A stretch of DNA of 57,885 bases from Candidatus Micrarchaeota archaeon (GCA_021812145.1 JAKAOM010000004.1:1-57885); one strand, 5' to 3'. Positions 9,612-18,357 are shown, counted from the first letter of the stretch. Numbers and translations: made by a program. The notes: a model not told the origin generated them from the letters alone.

Positions 9612-10348
9612 TTCAACTGTTCTGCGATGTTGTGATGGGTGAAAGCATCTGCTTTTAGCGCTATGGCTATTTTAGCAGCTATTTTTCTAGCCTTTCTTCC
9701 CCTTTCTTTTGGCGCTGAACCGCTGACAGAAGCGTTTTGAAAGATTAGCCCGTGTTTTGGTGGTTTGGAGTTTGTTTTTAGGTGTTTGAACAAAGCTTTT
9801 TCAGCTCCCAACACTTGGATTGTGCTGGCCGGCATTTTTGCCAGTTTTTCAAGATCTCCTGCCTTTGCCAGAAGTTTGCTTGCCACCCCCGCCCCTGCTA
9901 TCTGTGTGGCGTTAGGCATGACTTTCTCAGCTGTTTTTTCTATGTAATCCTCCATCTCGTTTATTGTATCTGTTATTGATTTTACCTGGCTTGCAAGTTT
10001 CTGAAGCGCTTCTGCGTCATCTCTTTGAAGTTTCGCTCCAAAACTGTTTTTAGCCTTAAACATTATTTCGCCAGCTTTCTTTTCACCAACTATCTTCGCC
10101 AGTCTACCCTCTTCAAGGTTTTCTTTTGATGAGAAGGAAGATATTATTTCGACAAGTTTGTCGTCGAAAACTATTATTTCAGGGAAGTTTATGTTAAACC
10201 ATTCCTTGATTCTTTGAATAAGCAGATTTTTTGCTTTTTCAAGGTCTTCGACGCTTCTAACCGCCTGAATCAAAGAGTATTCTTCCTTTGAATATTCGTT
10301 TTTTAATTCCAGCTTTGCTTTTCTTATAGCCTCTTCTCTTGTTATCAT
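9608..10348 (-). CDS. nop5: Nop5/Nop56 box C/D RNP scaffold protein (short form)
   Basis: IQAV coiled coil, EWF..NFPE, PASTIQVLGAEKALF and PPKHGLIFQ motifs. Confidence 0.92.
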   Translation of the reverse strand: MITREEAIRKAKLELKNEYSKEEYSLIQAVRSVEDLEKAKNLLIQRIKEWFNINFPEIIVFDDKLVEIISSFSSKENLEEGRLAKIVGEKKAGEIMFKAKNSFGAKLQRDDAEALQKLASQVKSITDTINEMEDYIEKTAEKVMPNATQIAGAGVASKLLAKAGDLEKLAKMPASTIQVLGAEKALFKHLKTNSKPPKHGLIFQNASVSGSAPKERGRKARKIAAKIAIALKADAFTHHNIAEQLK

Positions 10349-10460
10349 GTTTAATCTTCTATTTTGAATGTTTTTAACTCTTTTGTTTTTTTTGCTATAC
10401 TTATTATAAAAATTGTTTTTTGTTAGCCTAAATTAGATTCATTCAGCAGTTGATTCTTTC

Positions 10461-11264
10461 TCACTTTCTTCTCATTATTTTAAAAAGCTCTTCGTTAGCC
10501 CATCTGTTGATGAGATAGTTTGAATGTTTGCCAATTATATTCTCTAAGTATTCAGTTGCGTTTTCCCTGAACTCTTCTTTTAATCCTATCTTTCCAATAT
10601 CATTTATCTTGCCTAAGGTTTCTTTTTCCATTAATTTTGTAAGCGGTGAAATTTCTTTAGGATGTTTCATTACCTCTCTGTAAAGTTCGGAAAGTTTTCT
10701 TAGTTTTTTTCCGTTTTTTTCTTTTTCCACCAATTCTTCATAGGCTTGCGCAGCACGTTCACCCGACTCTAGTTCCACGTTTTCCATTGCTATTTTGTTC
10801 AATCCTTCCATTATTGTTTTTTTCACGCTTTTGTGTTCTGAGTTTTTTGAAATCTCTTCTAGAAGGCGGATCATTCCTTTCTTTGGGGCTTCGCTTTCAC
10901 TTTTTTTAATATTTTCAATCATGTTGCTTATTCTTTCAATTTGTTCTTTTTCAGGCGTTTGGTAGAAATAACTGCTTTTGTTGTTCAAACCGCTTTTTAT
11001 TAGATTTTCATTTTCTATTAAACTTTCAATTGGCTCAGCGTGTTCTTTTATTTCAGGTTCGTCGCCGTATCTTTTTGGTTTAATTCCTTTTGAAGCAAGA
11101 ATCCCATATATCTCTTCTCTTAAATTTTCATGCATTCTTGCTATTCTTTCAAGTGTTGAAACGTCCTGACTGCTTAGCTCCTTCCTCATTTTTATTTGGT
11201 CGACTATGCTGTGCGCTATTCCCTCCTGAATTCTTTTTTCTTCGTCTTCGTTTTTTTCGAACAT
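10461..11264 (-). CDS. Hypothetical helical, highly charged protein (possible HEAT-like repeats)
   Basis: 267-aa E/K-rich ORF; repeated L..I...H....(V/I)...A pattern. Confidence 0.7.
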   Translation of the reverse strand: MFEKNEDEEKRIQEGIAHSIVDQIKMRKELSSQDVSTLERIARMHENLREEIYGILASKGIKPKRYGDEPEIKEHAEPIESLIENENLIKSGLNNKSSYFYQTPEKEQIERISNMIENIKKSESEAPKKGMIRLLEEISKNSEHKSVKKTIMEGLNKIAMENVELESGERAAQAYEELVEKEKNGKKLRKLSELYREVMKHPKEISPLTKLMEKETLGKINDIGKIGLKEEFRENATEYLENIIGKHSNYLINRWANEELFKIMRRK

Positions 11265-11329
11265 TGCAATTAGACAAGAGTTTTTTAAGTTTTTAAGCTT
11301 TTACCTCCTTTTGATTTTCTATAGTTTAA

Positions 11330-12715
11330 TCATTCAATTTTCTTGTTTCCTGCAAGCAACGACATTGCCTTTACCGCTTTTTTAACGTCATTGAAGTCAG
11401 GAATGTTATTGTTTTGCAAAGTATTCACTGCTTTGGAGCTGAATTTTCCCCCCATAAAAACACATATCACTGGTTTTTTGAATTTTTTGAAAGATTCTAC
11501 CGCAACTTCTGCGTCGGCAGTAGGTTGAGTCATCGTTTGAATTGTCTGAATTACGAATATACCTGAAATGTAGTCCTCCTGAATCAGCGTAGTTATGGCT
11601 GCGTTGAATGTTTTCGGAAGCGCATCTCCAACTATATCCAGTGGATTTCTTCTTGAGTAAACCGGACTCATTAGCTTGGTAGCGTCTAGTTTTTTAAGCG
11701 TTTCTTTTTTAAGTTCAACCAGCTTTAAATTGTAGCGTTCACAGTAGTCTGCGCATAAAACCCCTCCCGCCCCGCTGTTTGTCACAACCGCTATTGCGTT
11801 TTCCTTAAGCATTGGCTGTTCGCTTAATACTTTTGCGAAGTCGAACAAATCCTCTACCGTGTCGGCCATTATCCCACCGCTTTGAAGTACTGCTGCCTCG
11901 AAGACTCGTGAGTTTCCTGCAAGTGAAGCAGTGTGGCTTCCTGCCGCCTTGCTTCCGTTTGCGGTTCTGCCTCCTTTTAGTATTATCACCGGTTTTTTTT
12001 TGGTAACATTGCTTATAACCTTCATTAATTTCCTTCCATTGTTTATTCCCTCTATATAGGCGGTTATAACTTTTGTTTGCGGGTCTTCCCCTGCCCATTC
12101 GATGAAGTCGCTGGAATCCAGAAGCGCGCTGTTTCCCACGCTTATAATCGAGCTGAAGCTGTATCTTTCCTTCACAGCCCAGTCTATAACGCTGTCGGCA
12201 AGCGCTCCGCTTTGCGTTATGAACGCTACGTTGCCTGCAGGAGGGCTTGTCAATGCGAATGAAGCATTCAAACCAGTTGATGGGCGTATGAACCCTAAAC
12301 AGTTAGGTCCTAAAATGTTTATTTTGTATTTGACTGCAACGGCGATAATCTTGTCCTGCAGTTCTTTTCCTTTGCTTCCTATTTCAGCGAATCCAGCTGA
12401 AATTATAACTGCGTTTTTGATTCCTTTTTTTCCGCACTGTGTTATAATGTTAGGTACTATTGCGGCTGGAACGCATATAACTGCCAAATCAACGTTCTCT
12501 TTGATTTCTAAAACGTTTTTGAAGCATTCTAAACTCATTATCCTTTCTATATTCGGATTTACAGGGTATATTTTTCCAGTAAATGGCCTTCCGTAACCGC
12601 TGTTCATTACAAATCCCTGAAGCAGGCTTTTCATAACTCCATAGCCAACGCTTTCTGTTTTATTTGAAGCGCCTATCACAGCGATGCTTTTTGGGTTGAA
12701 CATTGATTCAAACAT
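11330..12715 (-). CDS. acdA: Acetate-CoA ligase (ADP-forming), alpha subunit
   Basis: PKSIAVIGAS, YPVNP, SAGFAE, GPNCLG, QSGA, SHTASLAG (phospho-His) and NPLDIVGDA motifs. Confidence 0.92.
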   Translation of the reverse strand: MFESMFNPKSIAVIGASNKTESVGYGVMKSLLQGFVMNSGYGRPFTGKIYPVNPNIERIMSLECFKNVLEIKENVDLAVICVPAAIVPNIITQCGKKGIKNAVIISAGFAEIGSKGKELQDKIIAVAVKYKINILGPNCLGFIRPSTGLNASFALTSPPAGNVAFITQSGALADSVIDWAVKERYSFSSIISVGNSALLDSSDFIEWAGEDPQTKVITAYIEGINNGRKLMKVISNVTKKKPVIILKGGRTANGSKAAGSHTASLAGNSRVFEAAVLQSGGIMADTVEDLFDFAKVLSEQPMLKENAIAVVTNSGAGGVLCADYCERYNLKLVELKKETLKKLDATKLMSPVYSRRNPLDIVGDALPKTFNAAITTLIQEDYISGIFVIQTIQTMTQPTADAEVAVESFKKFKKPVICVFMGGKFSSKAVNTLQNNNIPDFNDVKKAVKAMSLLAGNKKIE

Positions 12716-13324
12716 TTAAACCACCCTGAAGTCTACTATTGCCGGCCCGTCTTTTCCGAATATTACTGGATTAAAGTCCAGGGTTTTAAAATTAAGGAAG
12801 TCGAAAGCGTTTTCTGTTTTAAGTAAAAGCTCCTCTATTTTTGAATATTCTAGTTTTATTCCCCTGAACCCGTTAAAGAAAGCTCCTGCCTTTGTTTCGA
12901 AAACCATTTTTTTGACAATCTCCTGGTTTAACGGAGCTATTCCTATTGAAACATCGTGGTATAACTCAACGCTTATCCCGCCCAGTCCGAAAAGAACGCT
13001 CCTTCCGAATATAGAATCGTTAAGCGCGCCTACCATTAATTCAATTCCTTCTTTTTTTTCTTGAGCTATGAATGTTTCAACTTTTTTGTTTTTTCTCATT
13101 AAGTTGAGTTTTTTTTCAAGCTCTTCCATAGTTTGAACCTGCTGTACAAGCCCAAGCTCGGTTTTGTGCAGTATTTCTCTTCCATAACCTTTTAGGAAAA
13201 AAGGCGGTTTTAGGTTTTTTCTTTCAATATCCTTAGTGAGAGATTTTAAGTTGCATCCTCTTGCGGATTGAATCAGTGGAAAGCCGTGCTTGGTTAGCAA
13301 GTCTTCTGTTTTATTGAAATCCAC
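12716..13324 (-). CDS. acdB: Acetate-CoA ligase (ADP-forming), beta (ATP-grasp) subunit
   Basis: HKTELGLV, FG..VLFGLGG..VE...DVS and DFNPV..G...VDFR motifs; GTG start; abuts the alpha subunit. Confidence 0.88.
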   Translation of the reverse strand: MDFNKTEDLLTKHGFPLIQSARGCNLKSLTKDIERKNLKPPFFLKGYGREILHKTELGLVQQVQTMEELEKKLNLMRKNKKVETFIAQEKKEGIELMVGALNDSIFGRSVLFGLGGISVELYHDVSIGIAPLNQEIVKKMVFETKAGAFFNGFRGIKLEYSKIEELLLKTENAFDFLNFKTLDFNPVIFGKDGPAIVDFRVV

Positions 13325-13431
13325 GCTTTAAATTAAAGCAAAAAACCTTTAAAAACACGCTGTTGAACCACTAGCAAGTTAAAACAATCTTTAAGGCAGG
13401 GTATTTTAAATTTTCCTTTTTTAAAAAAATC

Positions 13432-13968
13432 ATGATTCTTTCAGATTTTGATCTTGAAAATTACATAAAAGCAAAAAGGCTTGTAATACGCCCTTTGGGA
13501 AAGGACACTATACGGGAAAACGGGGTTGATTTGAAAATATCCGACGAGGTTGCCTACTATACTACCAAATTTAAGGGCGTTAATGTGGATATATCCGACG
13601 AGAAGATTGTTAAAAAACTTTATACCATAGAAAAAAGAGTCAAGGAAATAGTGGTTAAATCAAACGCTCATGTTTTGCTTTCAACTGTTGAAAATGTAAC
13701 GCTTCCTGATGATCTGATGGGTTTTGTTGAGTTGAGAAGCACTGCTGCAAGACACGGATTGGCGATGCCTCCGACAATAATAGACGCTGGCTTTTCAGGC
13801 ACGGTAACGCTTGAAGTTTTCAACAACGCGCCATATAATATTATTTTGAAGCCTGGAACCAGATTTGCTCACGTTATATTCGCAAGAACAACCACGAGAG
13901 TTAAAAAACCGTACAAAGGCACTTATTTCAACCAGTCGGGAGTAAAAACACCTAAAGCAATTAAATAA
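13432..13968 (+). CDS. dcd: dCTP deaminase
   Basis: MILSD, ENGVDL, LRSTAARHGL, IDAGFSG.VTLE and YKGTY..Q motifs. Confidence 0.92.
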   Translation: MILSDFDLENYIKAKRLVIRPLGKDTIRENGVDLKISDEVAYYTTKFKGVNVDISDEKIVKKLYTIEKRVKEIVVKSNAHVLLSTVENVTLPDDLMGFVELRSTAARHGLAMPPTIIDAGFSGTVTLEVFNNAPYNIILKPGTRFAHVIFARTTTRVKKPYKGTYFNQSGVKTPKAIK

Positions 13969-13972
13969 AAAG

Positions 13973-15049
13973 TTACAAAAGTCTAATTGCTTTTTCCAAT
14001 TCTCCTTCTTCCAGTGCTTCGAACAATTCATCGCCTTTTTCAAATTTTCTCCCAACTATTTCAATTGCCTTGGCTTTGGCTGTTTTGTAGTCTCTGTTTC
14101 TTAACTGGCTTATCTTGTCTTTCAGCGTGTTGGTGGAAATATTTTTATCTAAAGTAAGTAAAACCCTTTGAGTTTTAATATTTAAGTCTGTTTCCTCTTT
14201 ATTTTTCAAAGTGGCGTTCACCACAACTCTAAGCATTGGAATTGGAATTAATGCAGGAGTTTTTTCCACTTCCTCCTCTATTTTTTTCTTTATTTCGCTT
14301 ACAGTTGTGTTTTCAAGGTTTATCTCGCCTACGAAAAGCCTTCTTGTGGTTATTTCCTGAAATTCTGTTTTTTTAGTTTCGCTGTCATAGACGTAAAATC
14401 CTTTTGCTCCTGTTTCGCTTTTTTTCATTTGAGTGACCACCGTGCTTCCAGGCATTATTATATTTGAATATATTGAATGATGGTGCACGTGCCCGTTGCA
14501 GTAAAGATCGAAACCTTTTGGAAGGTCTCGTGTTGAAATCCCTTCAAAACCGTTCTGTTCTCCAGTGTCTTTTATAACTTGGTGCATTAGAAAAATGTTG
14601 AAAAACCCATTATCTGGATTGAAATTCATGGCTTTTAAAGCTTCTGAAGCTATATCGTCTGGCACGCCAGTCATGCCTTGTATTGAAATGTTTTCAACCC
14701 TTGTTTTTACAGCGTGAGTGTTGATTATAAGTCCGCTTTCATGAAGTATTTGAATTATATTAGGACTTCCCTTGCTCTTCCTTTCATGCGTTCCAGGAAT
14801 CACGATTGGCGCGTTGTCCAATTTGGCTTCGTTTTGAGTTATATCTAAATGTTTGAGTCTTTTTTTGGTTTCAGCCAGCATTTTAACTGCTTCATATATC
14901 GTCTCTTGACTAGGATTTCTTGAGTCAAACAGATCTCCGCAGATAAGGATAATGTCAAATTCAGCTGCTTTTTTAAGGGCGTTCCTTGCTTGGGTAAAAG
15001 AATCTTCATTGTAGCCTAAGTGGAAATCGCTTGTAATTGCTATTTTCAT
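13973..15049 (-). CDS. mre11: Mre11/SbcD-family DNA repair nuclease
   Basis: SDFHLG, GDLFD, GTHE (variant of GNHD), MHQ, GHVH and PGS motifs. Confidence 0.85.
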   Translation of the reverse strand: MKIAITSDFHLGYNEDSFTQARNALKKAAEFDIILICGDLFDSRNPSQETIYEAVKMLAETKKRLKHLDITQNEAKLDNAPIVIPGTHERKSKGSPNIIQILHESGLIINTHAVKTRVENISIQGMTGVPDDIASEALKAMNFNPDNGFFNIFLMHQVIKDTGEQNGFEGISTRDLPKGFDLYCNGHVHHHSIYSNIIMPGSTVVTQMKKSETGAKGFYVYDSETKKTEFQEITTRRLFVGEINLENTTVSEIKKKIEEEVEKTPALIPIPMLRVVVNATLKNKEETDLNIKTQRVLLTLDKNISTNTLKDKISQLRNRDYKTAKAKAIEIVGRKFEKGDELFEALEEGELEKAIRLL

Positions 15050-15130
15050 TTTATTCTCCGATTATTTTTTTCTATGAATAACCTTAAATTTTTTTTTGTT
15101 TTTCCTTTAAGCAGTAAAAGGTGGTTTATT

Positions 15131-15559
15131 TTGGTCGATTGGATTTTATACGCTGTTGCTGGAATGATTTTTTACTCCATTGCAAACCTTGTTTGGAAGT
15201 ATTTGAGCAATTCCTATACTGTTTCAATGGTGGGCATTGCTGAGGGGCTAGCCATTCCAACATTGGTTGCTTTGGTTGTTTTCATTGCCCTTATGTTCCT
15301 AACCAGGCAAGTTTCCACAATCAACCCTGTTTTCGTCTTTCTACTGTTTGTTGTGGCGGTTCTTTCAATAGCAGGCTTTGGTCTATTTTTCTACTCCCTT
15401 AAATTCGGAAAAGTGGCGGTTGTTACGGCAGTTATGAGCTTAAGCACTGCGGTTGTTGCGGTTCTTTCATTTATTTTCCTAGGTGACCAATTTACCTGGA
15501 GGGAGTTGCTCGCGATGACCCTTGCGATTGCAAGCGTTCTGATTCTAGCTTTTCCATAA
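15131..15559 (+). CDS. EamA/DMT-family small transporter
   Basis: About 5 TM helices; GKVAVV...S...AVLSFIFLGD. Likely TTG start at 15131 after SD AGGTGG; the ORF-track start at 15020 overlaps mre11. Confidence 0.85.
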   Translation: MVDWILYAVAGMIFYSIANLVWKYLSNSYTVSMVGIAEGLAIPTLVALVVFIALMFLTRQVSTINPVFVFLLFVVAVLSIAGFGLFFYSLKFGKVAVVTAVMSLSTAVVAVLSFIFLGDQFTWRELLAMTLAIASVLILAFP

Positions 15560-16457
15560 TCCATGCAAGGGCAGCTTCAACATCCTTAATTTCGCACCCT
15601 CCAATATTTTCATGCCCCCATCCATTGCCGTTGAATCGTGCCGCGCATTCCTTTAGAATGGTTCCAACATTTAATTTTGAACAAGCTGAATTTTGAACAA
15701 TTGTGATCCTGCCATTTCCAACCGCTATTCCTATCGGCGCTATTTCTGAGAGTATTGAGGCTACTTCTGTCCGGTTAGTATCCGCTTTTGCAATTGCAAC
15801 TCCATTTTTTAAAAACGCTGTTTTTATCTTGTCTAAAATGTTTTCAGAGTGTTCTTTCCCCTTACATTCTTTTAGCATTCCAATCGCTTTAGAATAGCTT
15901 ACTTCTGAATTTGCAAGAAGCTCTCCGGCGTTTTTGAACGTTTCAACTCCCGCCTCCCTAAAGTAGTGAGTGTCGGAAATAATTCCAAGCAGCAGGAGAA
16001 GGGAAGTTTTTTTTGATGGCTTTCTTCCAGTTTTTTTAAATAATCCGTTTATTATCTCGCTGCAACTCGTAGCATGATAATTGAAGTTTGACGCGTTTTT
16101 TATTTTTTTAAGCGTTTCATGATGATCTATTGTAACCAGTGTTTTGCTTTTTGCAAACTTTTCAATTCTATCTTTAAAACTTCCAAGCATTTCAGGATCT
16201 GAAACGTCGACAAGTACAATTGAATTGTATTTCTCAATACCTTCAACTACTGGAATGTGAATCTTGTTTTTTTCTAGAATCATTCTAGCCTGAGAATTCA
16301 ATGAAATACATTTTAAATCTGGCTTTTTTGATTTTAAGAATTCTTTCAATGCAAGTCCGCTTGCAATTGCATCCGCATCTGCGATATCATGAAAGCTTAT
16401 AAGTAGTGGTTCTTTGAGTTTTGAGAGTTTTTTTTCAAGATTTAGGATTGGATGCAT
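15492..16457 (-). CDS. DHH-family phosphoesterase
   Basis: H..AD.DA, LVD, IDHH, GIISDT and GWGH (DHHA1-like) motifs; position after pfdB is a known archaeal gene order. Confidence 0.88.
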   Translation of the reverse strand: MHPILNLEKKLSKLKEPLLISFHDIADADAIASGLALKEFLKSKKPDLKCISLNSQARMILEKNKIHIPVVEGIEKYNSIVLVDVSDPEMLGSFKDRIEKFAKSKTLVTIDHHETLKKIKNASNFNYHATSCSEIINGLFKKTGRKPSKKTSLLLLLGIISDTHYFREAGVETFKNAGELLANSEVSYSKAIGMLKECKGKEHSENILDKIKTAFLKNGVAIAKADTNRTEVASILSEIAPIGIAVGNGRITIVQNSACSKLNVGTILKECAARFNGNGWGHENIGGCEIKDVEAALAWIMEKLESERLQSQGSSRATPSR

Positions 16458-16710
16458 TTTTCATTTTTTCTTCCTGTTTTTCCAGTATTGAAATTCTAGA
16501 TTTAAGTATTCCCTTTTCCTCCTCGAGGTTTTTCAATGCTTCATCCTTTTGTTTTTGAACCAAAACGCCTCCAACGTATTTGTAAACCACTCCTGAGCTT
16601 CCTTCCACTTCTTTCGAAGCGTTTTCTAGCTCTTGAAGCTGTATAGTGTAAGCTTGTTTCTGAGCCTCTAAATACTGTATTTGCTGTCTCAAAGCTTCCT
16701 GTTCATTCAT
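16435..16710 (-). CDS. pfdB: Prefoldin beta subunit
   Basis: Coiled coil - VYKYVGGVLV beta hairpin - coiled coil. Confidence 0.9.
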   Translation of the reverse strand: MNEQEALRQQIQYLEAQKQAYTIQLQELENASKEVEGSSGVVYKYVGGVLVQKQKDEALKNLEEEKGILKSRISILEKQEEKMKNASNPKS

Positions 16711-16943
16711 TTATCCATCACTTCTTTTATTTCAATTATTGTTTTTAAGTCCCTTAGAATGCTGGTGGACACTGCCCTAAGCGGAGCAATGTCTCCTGCT
16801 TCAATTTTTATCTCGACAAGATTATTAATTGTTTTTATTTCAAGCTTGGTCTTCACGTCTTTCATAGCGCCTTCTTTCAGCGTTTTAGCTGCTTTAAGTG
16901 CTTGTTTTTTGTCTTTGAAGTTTATTTTAAATACCGCTTCCAT
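16707..16943 (-). CDS. pcc1: KEOPS complex subunit Pcc1
   Basis: IKIEAGDIAPLRAVSTSILRDL; lies between the Brix protein and pfdB. Confidence 0.85.
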   Translation of the reverse strand: MEAVFKINFKDKKQALKAAKTLKEGAMKDVKTKLEIKTINNLVEIKIEAGDIAPLRAVSTSILRDLKTIIEIKEVMDK

Positions 16944-17328
16944 TTTCAGCTCTCAGCTCTACTTCAAGTATTCTCCTAGTTTTAGGATTTTTAATGTAAA
17001 TCTTGTTGTTTTTCTTGAATTCTTTTAAATGCTCCAAGTTAAAAACGTTGCTTTCCGCGCTTTCTTCAATTTTAGCTTCTGATTTCTTTATTGCTTTTAC
17101 CTTAGCCTTTATCTGCTTTTTTTCAAAAGGAATTCTTATGCCTTCCAATTCAACTATTATTATTTTCCTACAACCGTATTTCTCGGCTTTCTCTTTTATT
17201 TTCTTAAATGGCTTTGTTCCTCTTTTCTGGAATTTGGCGTCTAAAAAAAAAGCAAGCGTTCTTGCAGTTTGAACCTCTTCAACCCCTGCTTTTTTTGACG
17301 TTGTTATATAAATCGATTCTTGCTGCAT
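16927..17328 (-). CDS. Brix/Imp4-like ribosome biogenesis protein (short)
   Basis: IYITTSKK...TARTLA...RGTK..IIIV; conserved neighbourhood. Confidence 0.7.
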   Translation of the reverse strand: MQQESIYITTSKKAGVEEVQTARTLAFFLDAKFQKRGTKPFKKIKEKAEKYGCRKIIIVELEGIRIPFEKKQIKAKVKAIKKSEAKIEESAESNVFNLEHLKEFKKNNKIYIKNPKTRRILEVELRAENGSGI

Positions 17329-17354
17329 TTTCAGAACTCTTTTTAATTATTTAA

Positions 17355-17470
17355 CGCCAGGAGGGAGATTTTCGTTTTTTTTTAAAAATTCGAACTCCCA
17401 ACCCCGTTAGGGGACTAGCTTTCGTGTTTTGCAACTCAAGGCTAGCGCATTGCCGTTCTGCCATCCTGGC
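17355..17470 (-). tRNA. tRNA-Ser(UGA) with two introns: 37/38 (17421-17434, 14 nt) and T-loop 59/60 (17369-17388, 20 nt)
   Basis: Acceptor GCCAGGA/TCCTGGC plus G73; anticodon stem CTAGC/GCTAG with CT-TGA-G|A; long variable arm CCCC-TAAC-GGGG; T-stem GGGAG/CTCCC. Removing both introns gives an 82-nt cloverleaf; CCA is not encoded. Confidence 0.92.
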
Positions 17471-17559
17471 ACAATAATGTTTTGAAATGTCAAGCTTTTT
17501 ATTTTTTCTATTTTTTTACAGCGAAAGGATTAAAATGCATTAAAGCGTTTTTATTGTTT

Positions 17560-18207
17560 ATGAAGCAGTTTTTCCCAGGAGTTTATTCTTTTGGAAATAA
17601 TCCCGCTACTCTTAATCTTGTTAAAGGTACTAGTGTTTACGGCGAAAAGAGGATTCAACTTGACAAGAATGAATTCAGGGTTTGGGATCCTAAACGAAGC
17701 AAACTTTCAGCAGCCATATTAAAAGGAATTAAAACCCTTCCCATAAAGGAAGGCTCAAAAATACTTTATCTTGGAGCTGCAAACGGAACAACTGTTTCTC
17801 ACGTAAGCGACATTTTAGGTTTGAACGGAATTGTTTACTCTGTGGAATTTGCCCCTCGTTCTATGAGCGATTTAATCGCCTTAAGTGAGAAGAGAAAGAA
17901 CATAGTTCCTATCTTTGCAGATGCAAGATTCCCTGAAAAATACTCTGACGTTGGTGCTGTTGATGTTGTTTACGCAGATCTTTCTGACCCTCAACAGGTT
18001 GAGATTCTTTTGAGAAACGCCGTTTTATTCAAAGCCAAGTTTATAATGATTGCTTTGAAAGCAAGATGCGTTGACTCCAGCGAAAAGCCCAAGGTTATTT
18101 ACGATAAAAGCAGAAAAGAACTAGAAGAGAAATGCCGAATTCTAGATTTTGTTATTTTGGACCCTTTTGAAGTTGATCACGCTTTTTTTGTAGGAGAGAT
18201 GAAATAG
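17560..18207 (+). CDS. flpA: Fibrillarin-like rRNA/tRNA 2'-O-methyltransferase
   Basis: VYGE, WDPKRSKL, LYLGAANGTTVSHVSD, VEFAPR and DARFP motifs; likely start is ATG 17560. Confidence 0.95.
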   Translation: MKQFFPGVYSFGNNPATLNLVKGTSVYGEKRIQLDKNEFRVWDPKRSKLSAAILKGIKTLPIKEGSKILYLGAANGTTVSHVSDILGLNGIVYSVEFAPRSMSDLIALSEKRKNIVPIFADARFPEKYSDVGAVDVVYADLSDPQQVEILLRNAVLFKAKFIMIALKARCVDSSEKPKVIYDKSRKELEEKCRILDFVILDPFEVDHAFFVGEMK

Positions 18208-18331
18208 CAGTTTCAGTTTTTTCAAGCACAGCATTGCTTTTATCATTACGCAGGTCGTATAAAAATGTATTGAAAATTGTTTTTGTAAAAAAAAGAGGTT
18301 TTTTTAAGCGTATTGTGAAATACCAGAAATA

Positions 18332-18357
18332 GCAAAAGTTTATATATTTGCACATAT
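18332..18357 (+). promoter_or_regulatory. BRE/TATA promoter of the antitoxin-PIN operon, with an overlapping near-palindrome
   Basis: GCAAAAG-TTTATATA (TATA 18339-18346); ATATTTGCACATAT at 18344-18357 (6 of 7 pairs); SD AGGTGA before ATG 18399. Confidence 0.6.

Noticed and set aside
6908..10432. TTTAGGCTAA near 6908 and its reverse complement near 10423, resembling a DtxR-type half-site
   Set aside because: Only 10 bp in AT-rich DNA, not a full palindrome, and the flanking genes are unrelated to metal homeostasis.
17369..17388. A/T homopolymer runs here and elsewhere as phase-variation tracts or assembly noise
   Set aside because: This run forms the outer helix and loop of a strict BHB intron. 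Other runs are ordinary Lys/Phe codons or T-rich intergenic tracts, with no frameshifted gene seen.
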